Source: an uncultured Desulfarculus sp.
Lineage (GTDB): Bacteria > Desulfobacterota > Desulfarculia > Desulfarculales > Desulfarculaceae
Assembly: GCA_963665125.2 (NCBI GenBank)
Contig: CAXXUK010000001.1
Coordinates: 1,664,001-1,728,000, forward strand
Direction: 5' to 3'
Length of the DNA: 64,000 nucleotides
Shown here in pieces: positions 49,868 through 63,491 of the stretch. Both the position numbers and the translations under genes were made by a program. Every line of letters starts with the position of its first letter. Position 1 is the first letter of the stretch. The notes under the pieces were generated by a model. The model was not told the DNA's origin. It ran no database searches and saw nothing but the letters and a program-made list of their open reading frames with translations.

Positions 49868-51226
49868 ATGTCTTTCTGCCTATTGAAACGCAACGACGGT
49901 GATGAGCAGCCATTCTGGCCACTCGGTCCTTTTAAAATCAGGCTGCCCTTTATCCACTACCGTTGGGAGTCGGTGGAATTCGTTCAGGCCTTGATCCTGT
50001 TCGTGGTCAGCTTGGCCATGATCCCGCTTTTACAGAAATATCTCGGCCTGCCCTATGAAGTGGCCCTGGCCTATGTCTTTGTTTGCGGCGTGGGTTTCAT
50101 GCTGCCGGCGCTTTTAGGAGTCCCCATGGTGCCGGGCTGGATCACCCCAGCCATACCGGTGGTTCTGCTCTTCGTCAGTCAATACAAGCCCGGTCCCGAG
50201 GCCATCCAGGCCCTGGTGGCCCTGCAAATCCTGGTTGCCATCATATTCCTGGTCCTGGGCATCAGCAAATTGAGCAGCAAGGTGGTCAGAAGAGTGCCAG
50301 CCTCCATCAAGGCCGGCATCCTCTTGGGCGCCGGCGTGGCCGCCTTCATGGGTGAAATGAAGATGGGCGGCCGCATACCGGCTACTCCCCTGGCCATAGG
50401 ATTCGGCGCGCTGGTCTGCTTCTACATGCTGTTTTCGGTGTCGTTCGCCAAACTACGCGAACGCAACGCCTTTTGCCGCATCCTGGGCAAATACGGCATG
50501 GTGCCGGCCATGCTTCTGTCCATCGGCGTCGGCCTCTTGGTCAAGGAATATCCCCTGCCTGACATCCAGTTGGGGATCACCATGCCCCAGTTCGCGGAGA
50601 TGTGGAAATATCTGCCCTTTAGCGTGGGCTTCCCCTCGGCCGAGATGTTCATCCAGGCGATTCCCACGGCAATCATCGCCTATATCATCGCCTTCGGCGA
50701 CGTGATCGTCGGCACCACCCTGGTCAAAGACGCGGCGGAAGAGGTCCGCACTGACGAAAAGGTGGATACGGACAGCGACCGCATTCACCTGGTCACCGGC
50801 CTGCGCAACGTGTTGCATGCATTCTTGGCGCCTTACCCGGGCCTGGCCGGCCCCATCTGGACCGCGGTGACCGCCACGGTGGCCGACCGCTACCGCCACG
50901 GCCGCGGGGCCATGGATTCCATTTTCAGCGGCAGCGGAACCTTTTGGATCGCCGGTTTCCTCGCCCTGTTCGCCTTGCCCTTGGTGAGCTTCTTCAAGCC
51001 GTTTTTGCCCATCGGCCTGTCGCTCACTCTGGTGGTAACCGGCTACCTGTGCATCATCACGGCCTTTAAGCAGATAGAAAACGCCTCCCAACTGGGCGTG
51101 GCCGGAACCATGGCCATTGTGTTGGCCATGCACGGCGCCGCCTGGGGCCTCGGCATCGGCATAGTGCTGCACGTCCTGTTGGAGCGCAACATGATGCTGG
51201 CCAGGGAAACCGTGCGCACCAAATAG
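49868..51226 (+). CDS. Multi-pass membrane transporter (NCS2/SLC23-like fold, substrate unknown)
   Basis: Many TM segments; IRLPFIHYR, PGWITP, AYIIAFGD; follows the ligase. Confidence 0.7.
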   Translation: MSFCLLKRNDGDEQPFWPLGPFKIRLPFIHYRWESVEFVQALILFVVSLAMIPLLQKYLGLPYEVALAYVFVCGVGFMLPALLGVPMVPGWITPAIPVVLLFVSQYKPGPEAIQALVALQILVAIIFLVLGISKLSSKVVRRVPASIKAGILLGAGVAAFMGEMKMGGRIPATPLAIGFGALVCFYMLFSVSFAKLRERNAFCRILGKYGMVPAMLLSIGVGLLVKEYPLPDIQLGITMPQFAEMWKYLPFSVGFPSAEMFIQAIPTAIIAYIIAFGDVIVGTTLVKDAAEEVRTDEKVDTDSDRIHLVTGLRNVLHAFLAPYPGLAGPIWTAVTATVADRYRHGRGAMDSIFSGSGTFWIAGFLALFALPLVSFFKPFLPIGLSLTLVVTGYLCIITAFKQIENASQLGVAGTMAIVLAMHGAAWGLGIGIVLHVLLERNMMLARETVRTK

Positions 51227-51636
51227 GCGCGCGGCAAACAGCGCCTGGATACGGCTCCGTTGTTGGGCCTAAAATCGGCCCGCCTCGCGAGCCCCCCCCG
51301 GGCGGGCAAACCTCTTCCCCTCCGGGGCGGCAGCGGACATCGCCGATCAATCCGGTGAGCCGCCTCCGCCCCGGAGGATTTGCCATACAGAATGTGGCCC
51401 AAATCATCCAGGTATCTGAGAATGACCTCTCCCCAGGAAAAGGAAGTGATCGTTCACGGTGATGGCGCCTATCCCCTCCGAACAGAGAAACCATCGACGG
51501 CCACCGGCCGAACATGAACGCCCGGCGTGTTTCCCGCGGTTCGACAACTTCCTACATCGCTATGACAAAGGTACGGGCGTCAATAGTGACTGAGCCGCGC
51601 TCATCAACAAGGGTCCTTCGCCGTTGGCCGCACCGG

Positions 51637-51880
<244 letters not shown>

Positions 51881-51926
51881 GCGTATCGTATTCAATTTTT
51901 TTGCTTCGGCCGCCCCGGTAAAAAGG

Positions 51927-52002
51927 TGGTAGGCGGAACAGGGCTCGAACCTGTGACCTCCGGCGTGTAAGGCCGATGCTCTCCCAACTGAGCTACCCGC
52001 CC
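51927..52002 (-). tRNA. tRNA-Val (TAC)
   Basis: GGGCGGGTAGCTCAG...CTTACAC...GGTTCGA...ACCA, 76 nt. Confidence 0.97.
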
Positions 52003-52090
52003 ACTTACCAGGGGATCAGCCGTCTCGGCTCGGCCCCCAAAGCGGATATTTATTTATCAGCAAGGCTCTGTTCTGTCAACCAGAATTCGC

Positions 52091-54487
<2,397 letters not shown>

Positions 54488-54586
54488 CGGCGTACCTCTC
54501 TTGACCCTGAACAGGGCCGGTTTTGCCAGGCGGGAAACAATGGGCCCGCCTAGGCGGGCCCGTGTTAATCAAGGAATACGGATGTG

Positions 54587-55840
54587 CTAGGCATACTCCG
54601 CCTGGCTGGAATACAAGAGCATCGGCTGTTCGCCCTTGGTGATCACCTCTTCGCCGACCACGCATTCCTGCACGTCCTTCAGGGAAGGCAGTTCGTACAT
54701 GATATCGAGCATGGAGGCTTCCAGAATGGAGCGCAGGCCGCGGGCGCCGCTCTTGCGGGTGATGGCCTCTTCGGCCACGGCCTTGAGAGCCTCGTCGGTG
54801 AACTTCAAGTCCACGCCCTCGAACTCGAACAGCTTCTGATACTGCTTGACCAGAGCGTTCTTGGGTTCGGTGAGAATGCGGATCAGGGCGTCCTCGCTGA
54901 GTTCATCCAGGGTAGCCACCACGGGCAAGCGTCCGACAAATTCGGGAATCAGGCCGTAGCGGATCAGATCCTCGGGCCGGCACTGGGCCAGGATATCGCC
55001 CAGAGGCATTTCCTCGTTGCGCTTTTTCACGTTGGCCGTAAAGCCCATGGACTTGCTGCCGATGCGGTTGGCGACGAGCTTGTCCAGTCCCACGAACGCG
55101 CCGCCGCAGATAAACAGGATGTTGGTCGTGTCGACCTTGACGAACTCCTGCTGCGGATGCTTGCGCCCGCCCTTGGGCGGCACGGATGCCACGGTGCCCT
55201 CGATGATCTTCAACAGGGCCTGCTGCACACCTTCGCCGGAAACGTCCCTGGTAATGGACGGGTTTTCGCTCTTGCGGGCGATCTTGTCGATCTCGTCGAT
55301 GTATACGATACCGCGCTGGGCCCGTTCCACGTCATAATCCGCGGCCTGAAGCAGGTTGAGAATGATGTTCTCGACATCCTCACCGACATAGCCGGCTTCG
55401 GTCAGGGTTGTGGCGTCGGCAATGGTAAACGGCACATTCAATATGCGCGCCAAGGTCTGGGCCAACAGGGTCTTGCCGCTGCCGGTGGGGCCTATGAGCA
55501 TGATATTGCTCTTCTGCAACTCCACGCCGCCCATCTCGGTTTTGGCGTCGATACGCTTGTAGTGGTTGTGCACCGCCACCGAAAGAATCTTTTTGGCCCG
55601 CTCCTGCTCGACAACATAGTCGTCGATGATCGCCTTGATTTCCTTGGGCTTGGGAATACTGACCTGAGTAGCCGCTTCCTCCTTCTGATATTCCTCTTCG
55701 ATGATCTCGTTGCAAAGCTCAATGCACTCATCGCAGATATAAACAGAAGGTCCGGCAATGAGCTTTTTTACTTCCTCTTGGCTCTTGCCGCAGAAGGAAC
55801 AAACAAGATCAGGGCCCTTGCCGTTGCTTTTCTTGCTCAT
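54587..55840 (-). CDS. clpX: ATP-dependent Clp protease ATP-binding subunit
   Basis: CSFCGK zinc finger, [19 protein letters not shown] loop. Confidence 0.98.
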   Translation of the reverse strand: MSKKSNGKGPDLVCSFCGKSQEEVKKLIAGPSVYICDECIELCNEIIEEEYQKEEAATQVSIPKPKEIKAIIDDYVVEQERAKKILSVAVHNHYKRIDAKTEMGGVELQKSNIMLIGPTGSGKTLLAQTLARILNVPFTIADATTLTEAGYVGEDVENIILNLLQAADYDVERAQRGIVYIDEIDKIARKSENPSITRDVSGEGVQQALLKIIEGTVASVPPKGGRKHPQQEFVKVDTTNILFICGGAFVGLDKLVANRIGSKSMGFTANVKKRNEEMPLGDILAQCRPEDLIRYGLIPEFVGRLPVVATLDELSEDALIRILTEPKNALVKQYQKLFEFEGVDLKFTDEALKAVAEEAITRKSGARGLRSILEASMLDIMYELPSLKDVQECVVGEEVITKGEQPMLLYSSQAEYA

Positions 55841-55877
55841 AAAAAGTGGCCTCCAAGCGCCTCAATAACCGGTTGCT

Positions 55878-56477
55878 CTAAGTTTCCTCCACCTCGCGGT
55901 GGGTGATGACTTCATCAACGATGCCGTACTGCTTGGCCTCAGCCCCGCTCATGAAGAAGTCGCGCTCCGTGTCAACGGAAATCTTCTCAAGTTTTTGACC
56001 CGTGTGGTCGGCCAGGATCTGGTTGAGCTCCTCGCGCATCCGCAGGATTTCCCTGGCGTGAATCTCGATGTCCGTGGCCTGGCCCTGGGCCCCGCCAGAG
56101 GGCTGGTGAATCAAAATGCGGGCATGGGGCAGACTGAAACGTTTGCCCTTTTCCCCCGCCGCCAGTAAAACCGCAGCCATGGATGCGGCCTGACCCATGC
56201 ACAGCGTGCTCACCGGGGCCTTGATAAACTTCATGGTGTCGTAGATGGCCATTCCAGACGTCACCACACCGCCGGGCGAGTTTATGTACAGGTGTATGTC
56301 CTTGTTGGGGTCGTCCGCCTCCAAAAACAACAACTGAGCGGTTATTACGTTGGCAACGTTGTCATCGATGGCCTGGCCCAGGATGATGATCCTATCTTTC
56401 AACAACCTGGAGTATATGTCATATGACCGTTCGCCGCGGCTTGTCTGCTCGATGACAAATGGTATAAGGCTGCTCAT
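55878..56477 (-). CDS. clpP: ATP-dependent Clp protease proteolytic subunit
   Basis: DIYSRLL, INSPGG, QAASMA, HQP. Confidence 0.98.
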   Translation of the reverse strand: MSSLIPFVIEQTSRGERSYDIYSRLLKDRIIILGQAIDDNVANVITAQLLFLEADDPNKDIHLYINSPGGVVTSGMAIYDTMKFIKAPVSTLCMGQAASMAAVLLAAGEKGKRFSLPHARILIHQPSGGAQGQATDIEIHAREILRMREELNQILADHTGQKLEKISVDTERDFFMSGAEAKQYGIVDEVITHREVEET

Positions 56478-57857
56478 TTAGGACTCTTTCTCGTCTTCGT
56501 TACTGCCTGCAGCGGCTTCTTCCGCCTTTTTCTGGGCCAATTCTTCTGCCAATTCAGCGGGATCGACTAGTTTTATGATAGCACCGGCCTTGAGGGCCTG
56601 CAACGTCTTTTCTTCCAGGATCTGGGCCATCACGCTCGGCAACATGTTGTTTTTAATATAAATATCTTTGATGGACTGTGCCGGTTGGCCAGTCTGATCA
56701 GCTACCTTTTGGTAGTGCGATTCGTAATCTTCTTCCTCGACCTCGACTTTTTCCAACTCGGAAATGCGGCCCAGGACGATTCCAGAGCGGACTTTCTTCT
56801 CGGCTTCGGGCTTGAAGTCGGTGGACAGACGCTCTTCGTCAAGACCAACGGCGTCCGGGTCCATGCCGCTCTGGCGAAGGCGGCTCTTGAACGAGGCCAC
56901 CATCTCTTCCAGTTCCTGCTTGACCAGGGTCTCGGGGATGTCGAACTCGCCAAGATCGCGGATGTGGTCGAGAATCTGGCGGCGCACCTGCATGTCTTTT
57001 TCCTGCTGGTACTGGCGCTCCAGTTCTTCCTTGATCTTGTCCTTGAGGGCGCCGATGGTTTCGAACTCCGGCGAAACGCTGCGGGCGAAATCATCATCAG
57101 CGTCGGGCAGCAGCTTCTGCTTGAGTTCCTTGACCACCAGCTTGAACTTGATGTCCTTGCCGCGCATTTCCTCGTTGGATGAGTCTTCGTCCATGTGCAC
57201 GATGGCCTCGACAATATCGCCGGGCTTGGTCTTGACCAGGGCGACTTCGATTTCTTCCTGCACTTGGCCTGCGCCCAACTCAACGTCCACGTTGTCGGCC
57301 GTACCGCCTTCCAGGGGTTCGTCACCGTCAAAGGTCTGGTAATCCACCACCACAACGTCACCGGTCTGGGCCGGGCGATCTTCCTCCACCGTTTTGAGCA
57401 TGGCCTGGCGGTCGCGCATCATGTCGATGCGCTTTTCGATCTCCTCGTCGCTGGCCTCCAGCGTGGGCTCCTTGATTTCAAATCCCTTATAGGCCTCGGG
57501 CTCGATGTCGAACTCGGGCCTGACATCGAAAATTACCTGGAAGATAAAGTCTTCGCCCCGTGAGGGCACGGCCTGAAAGTCAAACTCGGGCTGGGCCAAC
57601 GGACTCATGCCGGATTCATCCATGGCCTGGTCGTACTGTTCGCGGATCAGTACCTCGGCGGACTCGTACGCCGCCTGGGGGCCATAATAGCGCTCGATTA
57701 CCTTGCGGGGCACCTTGCCCGGACGGAAACCCTTGATCTTGGCATTGCGGCCGTGCTTGTTCAGCAGTTTATCAATGGTTTTGTCGACCTCGGCGGCAGG
57801 CACTTCAACAGTGAGCTGGCGCTTTACCGAATTGAGTTCTTCAACGTTGACCTTCAT
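56478..57857 (-). CDS. tig: Trigger factor
   Basis: GFRPGKVP ribosome-binding motif; canonical tig-clpP-clpX-lon order. Confidence 0.97.
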   Translation of the reverse strand: MKVNVEELNSVKRQLTVEVPAAEVDKTIDKLLNKHGRNAKIKGFRPGKVPRKVIERYYGPQAAYESAEVLIREQYDQAMDESGMSPLAQPEFDFQAVPSRGEDFIFQVIFDVRPEFDIEPEAYKGFEIKEPTLEASDEEIEKRIDMMRDRQAMLKTVEEDRPAQTGDVVVVDYQTFDGDEPLEGGTADNVDVELGAGQVQEEIEVALVKTKPGDIVEAIVHMDEDSSNEEMRGKDIKFKLVVKELKQKLLPDADDDFARSVSPEFETIGALKDKIKEELERQYQQEKDMQVRRQILDHIRDLGEFDIPETLVKQELEEMVASFKSRLRQSGMDPDAVGLDEERLSTDFKPEAEKKVRSGIVLGRISELEKVEVEEEDYESHYQKVADQTGQPAQSIKDIYIKNNMLPSVMAQILEEKTLQALKAGAIIKLVDPAELAEELAQKKAEEAAAGSNEDEKES

Positions 57858-58525
57858 CTTATCTTTACCCTGTTCTAGGCGTTTCGAAGTTACTTCATTT
57901 TGCGGTGACGCAAATGACCAAGTATAAAATCACGAAAGTGTCTATATACCATAGAATGCGCAAATTTACATAAACCCACTATTTTTGTTGCGCCATTGTT
58001 TGAATCAAACCGTGCAGGCGAAAAACCGGCGCCCAACCATGCGTCAATGTGTCTAAAATAGTAACTATCCTCCCGGATGCAAATTAATCAACCACCCACG
58101 CACCAGGTATTCGGTCATGCGCCATAAATTTTTTTTCGGAGAAAAAACCCAGCAAGGGGCAAAGTCGATCCGTGTGGAGTTATTTTATTGAATTTACTAG
58201 ACCTGTCCGGCGATGCATACAAATTAGTTTTCTTCGCCGGTTTCTTCCGATCAACCGAGTGAATTGGCGGGCCAAACAGAACCACTTTCGCGGAAACCGC
58301 GGCCCCGTTGAAAGGGTCCGACCAAGAGTGGCAAAGCCCGCCCTGGAAGCAACATACGCGCAGCAAAAAATGCCCTGGAATCGACTGCCAAACTCCCGCC
58401 AAATAAAAAACCCTCTTTAATTTACCGCAAAGACCTTCACAAGCCTGAACATCAGCGACTATATTTTAACAGCGATCCTTGTTTATCTACTGGACCAAGG
58501 CGCGACAACAGACCTGTCTGAATGT

Positions 58526-61150
58526 ATGATCCGGCCTTACGGACTTGTGTATATTTTACCCTTGGCGGAGAGCCAACTGAGTTCACGCGATGTCATAGAC
58601 TCGATAGCACTGGCCGCCGCAACAACGGTGTTGGCCTTGCTTGTGCCATGGGAGTTGGTGTTTTCAGCCACTGCCCCCACTGGCGGCGACACCTCCGGCC
58701 ACTATTCGGCATTTGTTTATTTCAATGACCACATATTGCCCAACCTGCGGCTGTGGGGCTGGAACCAGGGCAACCTGGCCGGTTTTTCCCAATTTGAGTT
58801 CTATTTTCCCCTGCCTTTCTTGATTTTCAGCGCTCTAGGGTTAATTTTCCCCCTGCCCATAGCCTATAAAATCGGCGTGCTGCTGCCCGCATTCGCCCTG
58901 CCTTTTTGCACATACCTGAGCCTCCGGCTGCTGCGGGCCCATTTTCCGGGCGCGATTGTCGCCGCTGTTTTTTCCTTGTCGTTTCTTTTCGTGGAAAACC
59001 ACTCCGTCTGGGGCGGCAATATTGGTTCCCTGCTGGCCGGCGAGGTCTGCTACGGCTATGGTTTTTGCCTCACCTGGGTCTATCTGGGGATGGCGACATG
59101 GTGGCTCAAGGGTCGCAGCGGCGTGGTTGCGCCGTCCCTGATGCTGATGGCCGTTGGCCTTTGCCATGCATCTTCGCTGTTGTTCTGCCTTTTGGCCGGT
59201 GTTTTCGCCGTGGGAATACGACGCGATTGGCGGCGGGCGGCGGTGCGTCTGCTGGTTCTGTACGTTCTCTCCTTTTTATTGCTTGGTTTTTGGCTCATCC
59301 CCTTTATCACAAGCGGAGCCCAATCGGATCTTTTCAATTTCATCTGGATAGTCGACGACTGGCACAAATATCTTCCGCCTCTGATGTGGCCCCTTTTCTT
59401 GTTGGCCCCGGCCGGTTTGCTGCTCAGCTATTTCATGGGAGACCTCAACGACAAGTTCCGGGCCAACTACCTTGTCGGCTGGCTGGCGGCCGCCGGGGTC
59501 CTGCTGTTGATTTCGCCGCTTATCAACGCCGTAACTGTGCGTTTCGTTCCGTTTATCCAGTTTACCGGACTGATAATCACCGCATGCGGCATCGGCGTGG
59601 CCTTGAAGAACCAACGCGCCCGCTGGCTTGCCGCCGTCGTCATCATCGCGGTCGCCCTGGCCTGGCCCTGCGCCAAGGTTAAAAACCTGCCCGTCTGGCT
59701 ACACCACAACAACAGCGGCTCCGAAGCCATGACACTATGGCCGGATATGGCCAGAATGAACGAAATCCTGAAGGGCCAAACCGGTGACAGCCGCATAATC
59801 TTCGAGCATGTTTCCCATAACGACAGGTATGGCTCGGACAGATCCTTGGAGGCCCTGTCTCATTGGACCGGGCGACCCACCCTGGGAGGTCTTCATATCC
59901 AAGCCAGCCCCAACTCGCCTTTTCTGTTTTATCTGCGGTCGGAAATCAGCACATACTGCCCCACCCCACTGCCCTTGTATCATCACACCCACCTGAACCT
60001 GGCCAGGGCCCTGAGGCATCTGGCCCTATACAACGTCGGACACTTCATCGCCATGGACCGAGGCACCGTGCAAGCGGCTCTAGCCACACCGGGCCTGAAG
60101 CCATCGGGAGAATTCGGACCTTTCCATGTTTTTACGGTGGAAGGCTGTCCCGACACCTACGCCACGCCCCCCGAATGCGGGCCAGTGGCCGTGGTGACCG
60201 AACGCCCCCGGTTCATCGCCTTGCAGTGGTTCAGATTCACGAACCTGAAAACGCCGTTGGTCTTTTTCAACTCGGATGACGACATTCCGGCCGGGAGGTT
60301 CGCCTCCGTCCTGCATGACGACGGCACCCGCGCCAGCCCTATCCTCAAGATTTTGCGGGATGACGGTTTGCCTTGCCGGGCCATGGGCGGCCACGCCGCG
60401 ATATCCGAAAAGATCGGGCCCCAAACCATTGAGTTGCAGGGCCTCATTCCGGGCCAACCGGTGTTGATCAGCATCTCTTTTGACCGCGGATGGCGCAGCA
60501 CCAGCGGAGAAGCCGTATACGAGGCATCTCCGGCCTTCATGCTGATCTACCCCACCGGCACATCACTAAAGCTGGTCCACGGCCCCACCTGGCCACACTG
60601 GCTGGGCCTGGCTTTGACAATCTGCGGCGGCTTACTGGGCCTGTTCATCGCCGCAAGGCCCTTGGGCCTGGAGCAACCCCTGGGCCGTATTTCCGATTTC
60701 ATTGGGCGCCCCCCGCTCAAGCGGAGGCTGGTGGCGCTGGCTTTGATACTGGTTGTCGCGGGGGTGAGCTGGCTTTGGTTGGTCCATGACGACCCCCGAA
60801 CCTTGTGCGACAAGGCCAAGCGGGCGGCCGAAGAGGGCCGGAGGGAACAGGCCAGAGGGCTATATTCCGAAATCCTCGCTGAATACGGCATGTGCGACGT
60901 CGGCGACCATTGTCTGAGCGGAATGGCCATGACCCACTACTCCGAAGGCGACTATGAACGCGCCATTACCTTGTGGCTTCAATTGCTGCGCGACTACCCG
61001 GATTCGTCCCTGCTCCCGGAAACCCTATACCATCTGGCCCGGTCATACGAAAATAACGGCGACCCGCAAAAAGCCGGTCAATACGGCCGCGAGTTGGTGC
61101 GGCTTTTCCCCAATAGCGACTGGGCCGCCAAATGGACCAGCGGTAAATAA
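58526..61150 (+). CDS. GT-C-fold membrane glycosyltransferase-like protein with C-terminal TPR domain
   Basis: TGGDT..H, GW....AG...F.FYFPLP, WGGNI.S.LAGE, many TMs; YPDS...ETLY.LA TPR. Confidence 0.7.
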   Translation: MIRPYGLVYILPLAESQLSSRDVIDSIALAAATTVLALLVPWELVFSATAPTGGDTSGHYSAFVYFNDHILPNLRLWGWNQGNLAGFSQFEFYFPLPFLIFSALGLIFPLPIAYKIGVLLPAFALPFCTYLSLRLLRAHFPGAIVAAVFSLSFLFVENHSVWGGNIGSLLAGEVCYGYGFCLTWVYLGMATWWLKGRSGVVAPSLMLMAVGLCHASSLLFCLLAGVFAVGIRRDWRRAAVRLLVLYVLSFLLLGFWLIPFITSGAQSDLFNFIWIVDDWHKYLPPLMWPLFLLAPAGLLLSYFMGDLNDKFRANYLVGWLAAAGVLLLISPLINAVTVRFVPFIQFTGLIITACGIGVALKNQRARWLAAVVIIAVALAWPCAKVKNLPVWLHHNNSGSEAMTLWPDMARMNEILKGQTGDSRIIFEHVSHNDRYGSDRSLEALSHWTGRPTLGGLHIQASPNSPFLFYLRSEISTYCPTPLPLYHHTHLNLARALRHLALYNVGHFIAMDRGTVQAALATPGLKPSGEFGPFHVFTVEGCPDTYATPPECGPVAVVTERPRFIALQWFRFTNLKTPLVFFNSDDDIPAGRFASVLHDDGTRASPILKILRDDGLPCRAMGGHAAISEKIGPQTIELQGLIPGQPVLISISFDRGWRSTSGEAVYEASPAFMLIYPTGTSLKLVHGPTWPHWLGLALTICGGLLGLFIAARPLGLEQPLGRISDFIGRPPLKRRLVALALILVVAGVSWLWLVHDDPRTLCDKAKRAAEEGRREQARGLYSEILAEYGMCDVGDHCLSGMAMTHYSEGDYERAITLWLQLLRDYPDSSLLPETLYHLARSYENNGDPQKAGQYGRELVRLFPNSDWAAKWTSGK

Positions 61151-61207
61151 ACCGCCCTTCCAGTCACCGGCTTTCGCGGTCCCAACATGCCTGTTTTCAG
61201 TTTTTGG

Positions 61208-62431
61208 TCAAATCCGTTCGGGATAGCGTTTGCGGATGGTGTCGATGACTTCAAAGACATCGAAGAACGCTTCCACGACTTCGGGGTCGAATTGAGTGCC
61301 CCTGACGCTGTCTATTTCATCAAGGGCTTTTTGAATGGGCCAGGCGTCCTTGTAGACGCGGATGGAAATCAAGGCGTCGAACACATCAGCCAGTGCCGTT
61401 ATGCGGGCAAACAAGGGGATCTGCTTTTCCTTGAGCCCCGCCCCCGGTTCGGCCTGGGAGGAATACAGGTTCTTGACCTTTCCGGGATAGCCCTTGCCGT
61501 CCCACCGTTCATGGTGATGCAGGGCCACTTCCCTGGAGGCTATGTCGACCTCGGTGCCGGCGTCTTCAAACAACTGGGCTCCGCTGATGGTGTGGAATTT
61601 AATAATCTGGAATTCCGCCGGCGTCAGCCGTCCCGGCTTTTTCAAGATGGTATCGCTGATGGCCACCTTGCCGATGTCGTGCATCATGGCCGCGATGCGG
61701 ATGATGCCTTTCTGGCGCCGGATCTCCTGGGTGTCCATGCCCCTCTTCAGGGCCAGGTGTTCGAATATCTCCGCCGCGTATCCTCCGACCCTGGTCACGT
61801 GGCTGCCGGTCTCCTTGGGATCGCGCAGGCGCACCATGCGGATCTGGCGCAGCAACAGTTCACGGGTGTTCAGGGCCTTTTCCAATGCCGCGGCGGCGCT
61901 TTTACAGAAAAACTCCACCAGTTTGCGGCACTGCGGGGAAAACGTCGACGTATGGCCGTCATAGTCCTTGGCGTTGATCAGCTCCAACACGCCGACGATG
62001 TTGCCGGCCCTGGTGCGGATGGGCGTAATCAAAAAAGACTTGCAGCGGTATCCCGAGGCCTCGTCAAAGCTGCGGTTATAGCCGTACGGGGCGTCGGGGT
62101 CGATATGGTAAGCGTCGTCGATGACCAGGGTTTCTCCGTGGTGGGCCACGAAACCGGCCAGTGAACTGTCATCGATTTCCACAGAATAGTCCTGATACAG
62201 GTATTGGCGGCTTCTCCTGGAGGCAAACAGCACATCGTTGTGCACATAGGAAAACAGCAGTTTGTCGCCCTTTTTAAGGAAGATCGTCCCGGCCTCGGCC
62301 CGGCATATCCTGCGGGAGCAGTCCAGTATGCCGTCCAAGATTGTATCCGGATCCGGGACCAGCAACAGTTGCTCGGCCACGGCGAGCAAATCTTCCTGAA
62401 CGGAACTGATCGGAGTTGACTGGGGCTGCAA
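61208..62431 (-). CDS. GAF + HD-GYP phosphodiesterase
   Basis: GAF, HDIGK, HHERWDGKGYP, DVFDAL, FDP. Confidence 0.93.
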   Translation of the reverse strand: MQPQSTPISSVQEDLLAVAEQLLLVPDPDTILDGILDCSRRICRAEAGTIFLKKGDKLLFSYVHNDVLFASRRSRQYLYQDYSVEIDDSSLAGFVAHHGETLVIDDAYHIDPDAPYGYNRSFDEASGYRCKSFLITPIRTRAGNIVGVLELINAKDYDGHTSTFSPQCRKLVEFFCKSAAAALEKALNTRELLLRQIRMVRLRDPKETGSHVTRVGGYAAEIFEHLALKRGMDTQEIRRQKGIIRIAAMMHDIGKVAISDTILKKPGRLTPAEFQIIKFHTISGAQLFEDAGTEVDIASREVALHHHERWDGKGYPGKVKNLYSSQAEPGAGLKEKQIPLFARITALADVFDALISIRVYKDAWPIQKALDEIDSVRGTQFDPEVVEAFFDVFEVIDTIRKRYPERI

Positions 62432-62535
62432 GGCCTACCTTCCAAGATCTTATTTTAGTTACGCCTACTGTGCATCATTGAACACAATGATAGCACAGAA
62501 AGCAACTATGGAAAAACATATGAGGTTTGGTCTTT

Positions 62536-63369
62536 TTAGTCAACAAGCAGATTGTTCATGGCCCCGGCTATTCTCCGGCCCAGGACCAACTCGGCCTGTG
62601 TGGACAGATGCACGCCGTCGGACTGTAGCGGCAGGCCCTTGGCGCTGACCATTTCCCCATCGGCGATTTTCATGGCGGCCTGGTTTTTCTGCATATCCCG
62701 CCAATAGGCCAGGAAAAGCCTGTTTTGAAAGCGCGGCCCCAGATCGCCGATCTGCACGAAAACCACGGGTATCTCATTGCAGTCCAGATCCCGGCGGAAT
62801 CCCAAGAGTATCTCCTTGAAATTCAAGGGCCAATCCCTGACCGTTTCGGCGGTGACGGTGTCAGATTCCCCCTGATACCACACCAAACCGGTGATGCGCC
62901 CTTTTTGGGCGGCGGCCTTGGCCCGGCGGATGCATGAGCCGTAAAGCGTCTCCGCCCCGCCCTGGGCCGTCCACTGGGCCATTGCCGAGCCGCCCAAGGC
63001 GCAGGGCACCAAACCAATCTTCAAACCGGGCCGCAGCCTTCTGAGTTCCTTGGCAAAGGCCAGGCCAGGCCCCACCCCGGCGTCGTAGTCCGCCGAGACC
63101 AAATCAATCTGGCCGGTGGCGTCGTCCAGGGGTTCCAGCGCGGGTTTCCACACATCGTCGTTTCCGAAAAGCCATATATTTTCATTAGGTTGGTTGAATT
63201 CCGCGGGAAAGTCGGCCAAATCTCCCCTACCCGAGATGTTTGATTGGCCGGCCAGGATGAAGATGGACAACCCGTCTGGCGCGGAACCATTTCCGCAACC
63301 GGAGGCACTCATGACCAGTAAAGCGGCAGACAACCAAGCAAAGACCTTGGGACCGAATGATTTCGACAT
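62536..63369 (-). CDS. SGNH carbohydrate esterase (sialate O-acetylesterase / CE6-like) lipoprotein
   Basis: AGQSN, WYQGESD, DGVH; ASGC lipobox. Confidence 0.88.
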   Translation of the reverse strand: MSKSFGPKVFAWLSAALLVMSASGCGNGSAPDGLSIFILAGQSNISGRGDLADFPAEFNQPNENIWLFGNDDVWKPALEPLDDATGQIDLVSADYDAGVGPGLAFAKELRRLRPGLKIGLVPCALGGSAMAQWTAQGGAETLYGSCIRRAKAAAQKGRITGLVWYQGESDTVTAETVRDWPLNFKEILLGFRRDLDCNEIPVVFVQIGDLGPRFQNRLFLAYWRDMQKNQAAMKIADGEMVSAKGLPLQSDGVHLSTQAELVLGRRIAGAMNNLLVD

Positions 63370-63491
63370 TTAAATCACCAGTTGGACTAAAATGAAACCT
63401 ATGCTACTATTATTCCTGATTGATCAATTTAACATGGCTTCCATGGATGGCCCAAATTGCCAAGGGATGGCGACCACAGGAGGCCAGGACC

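Noticed and set aside
54542..54561. Perfect 20-bp palindrome between clpX and lon
   Set aside because: Most simply an ordinary intercistronic hairpin
57858..58525. ncRNA or tRNA in the long intergenic region upstream of tig
   Set aside because: No cloverleaf or recognisable RNA motif; consistent with divergent promoters
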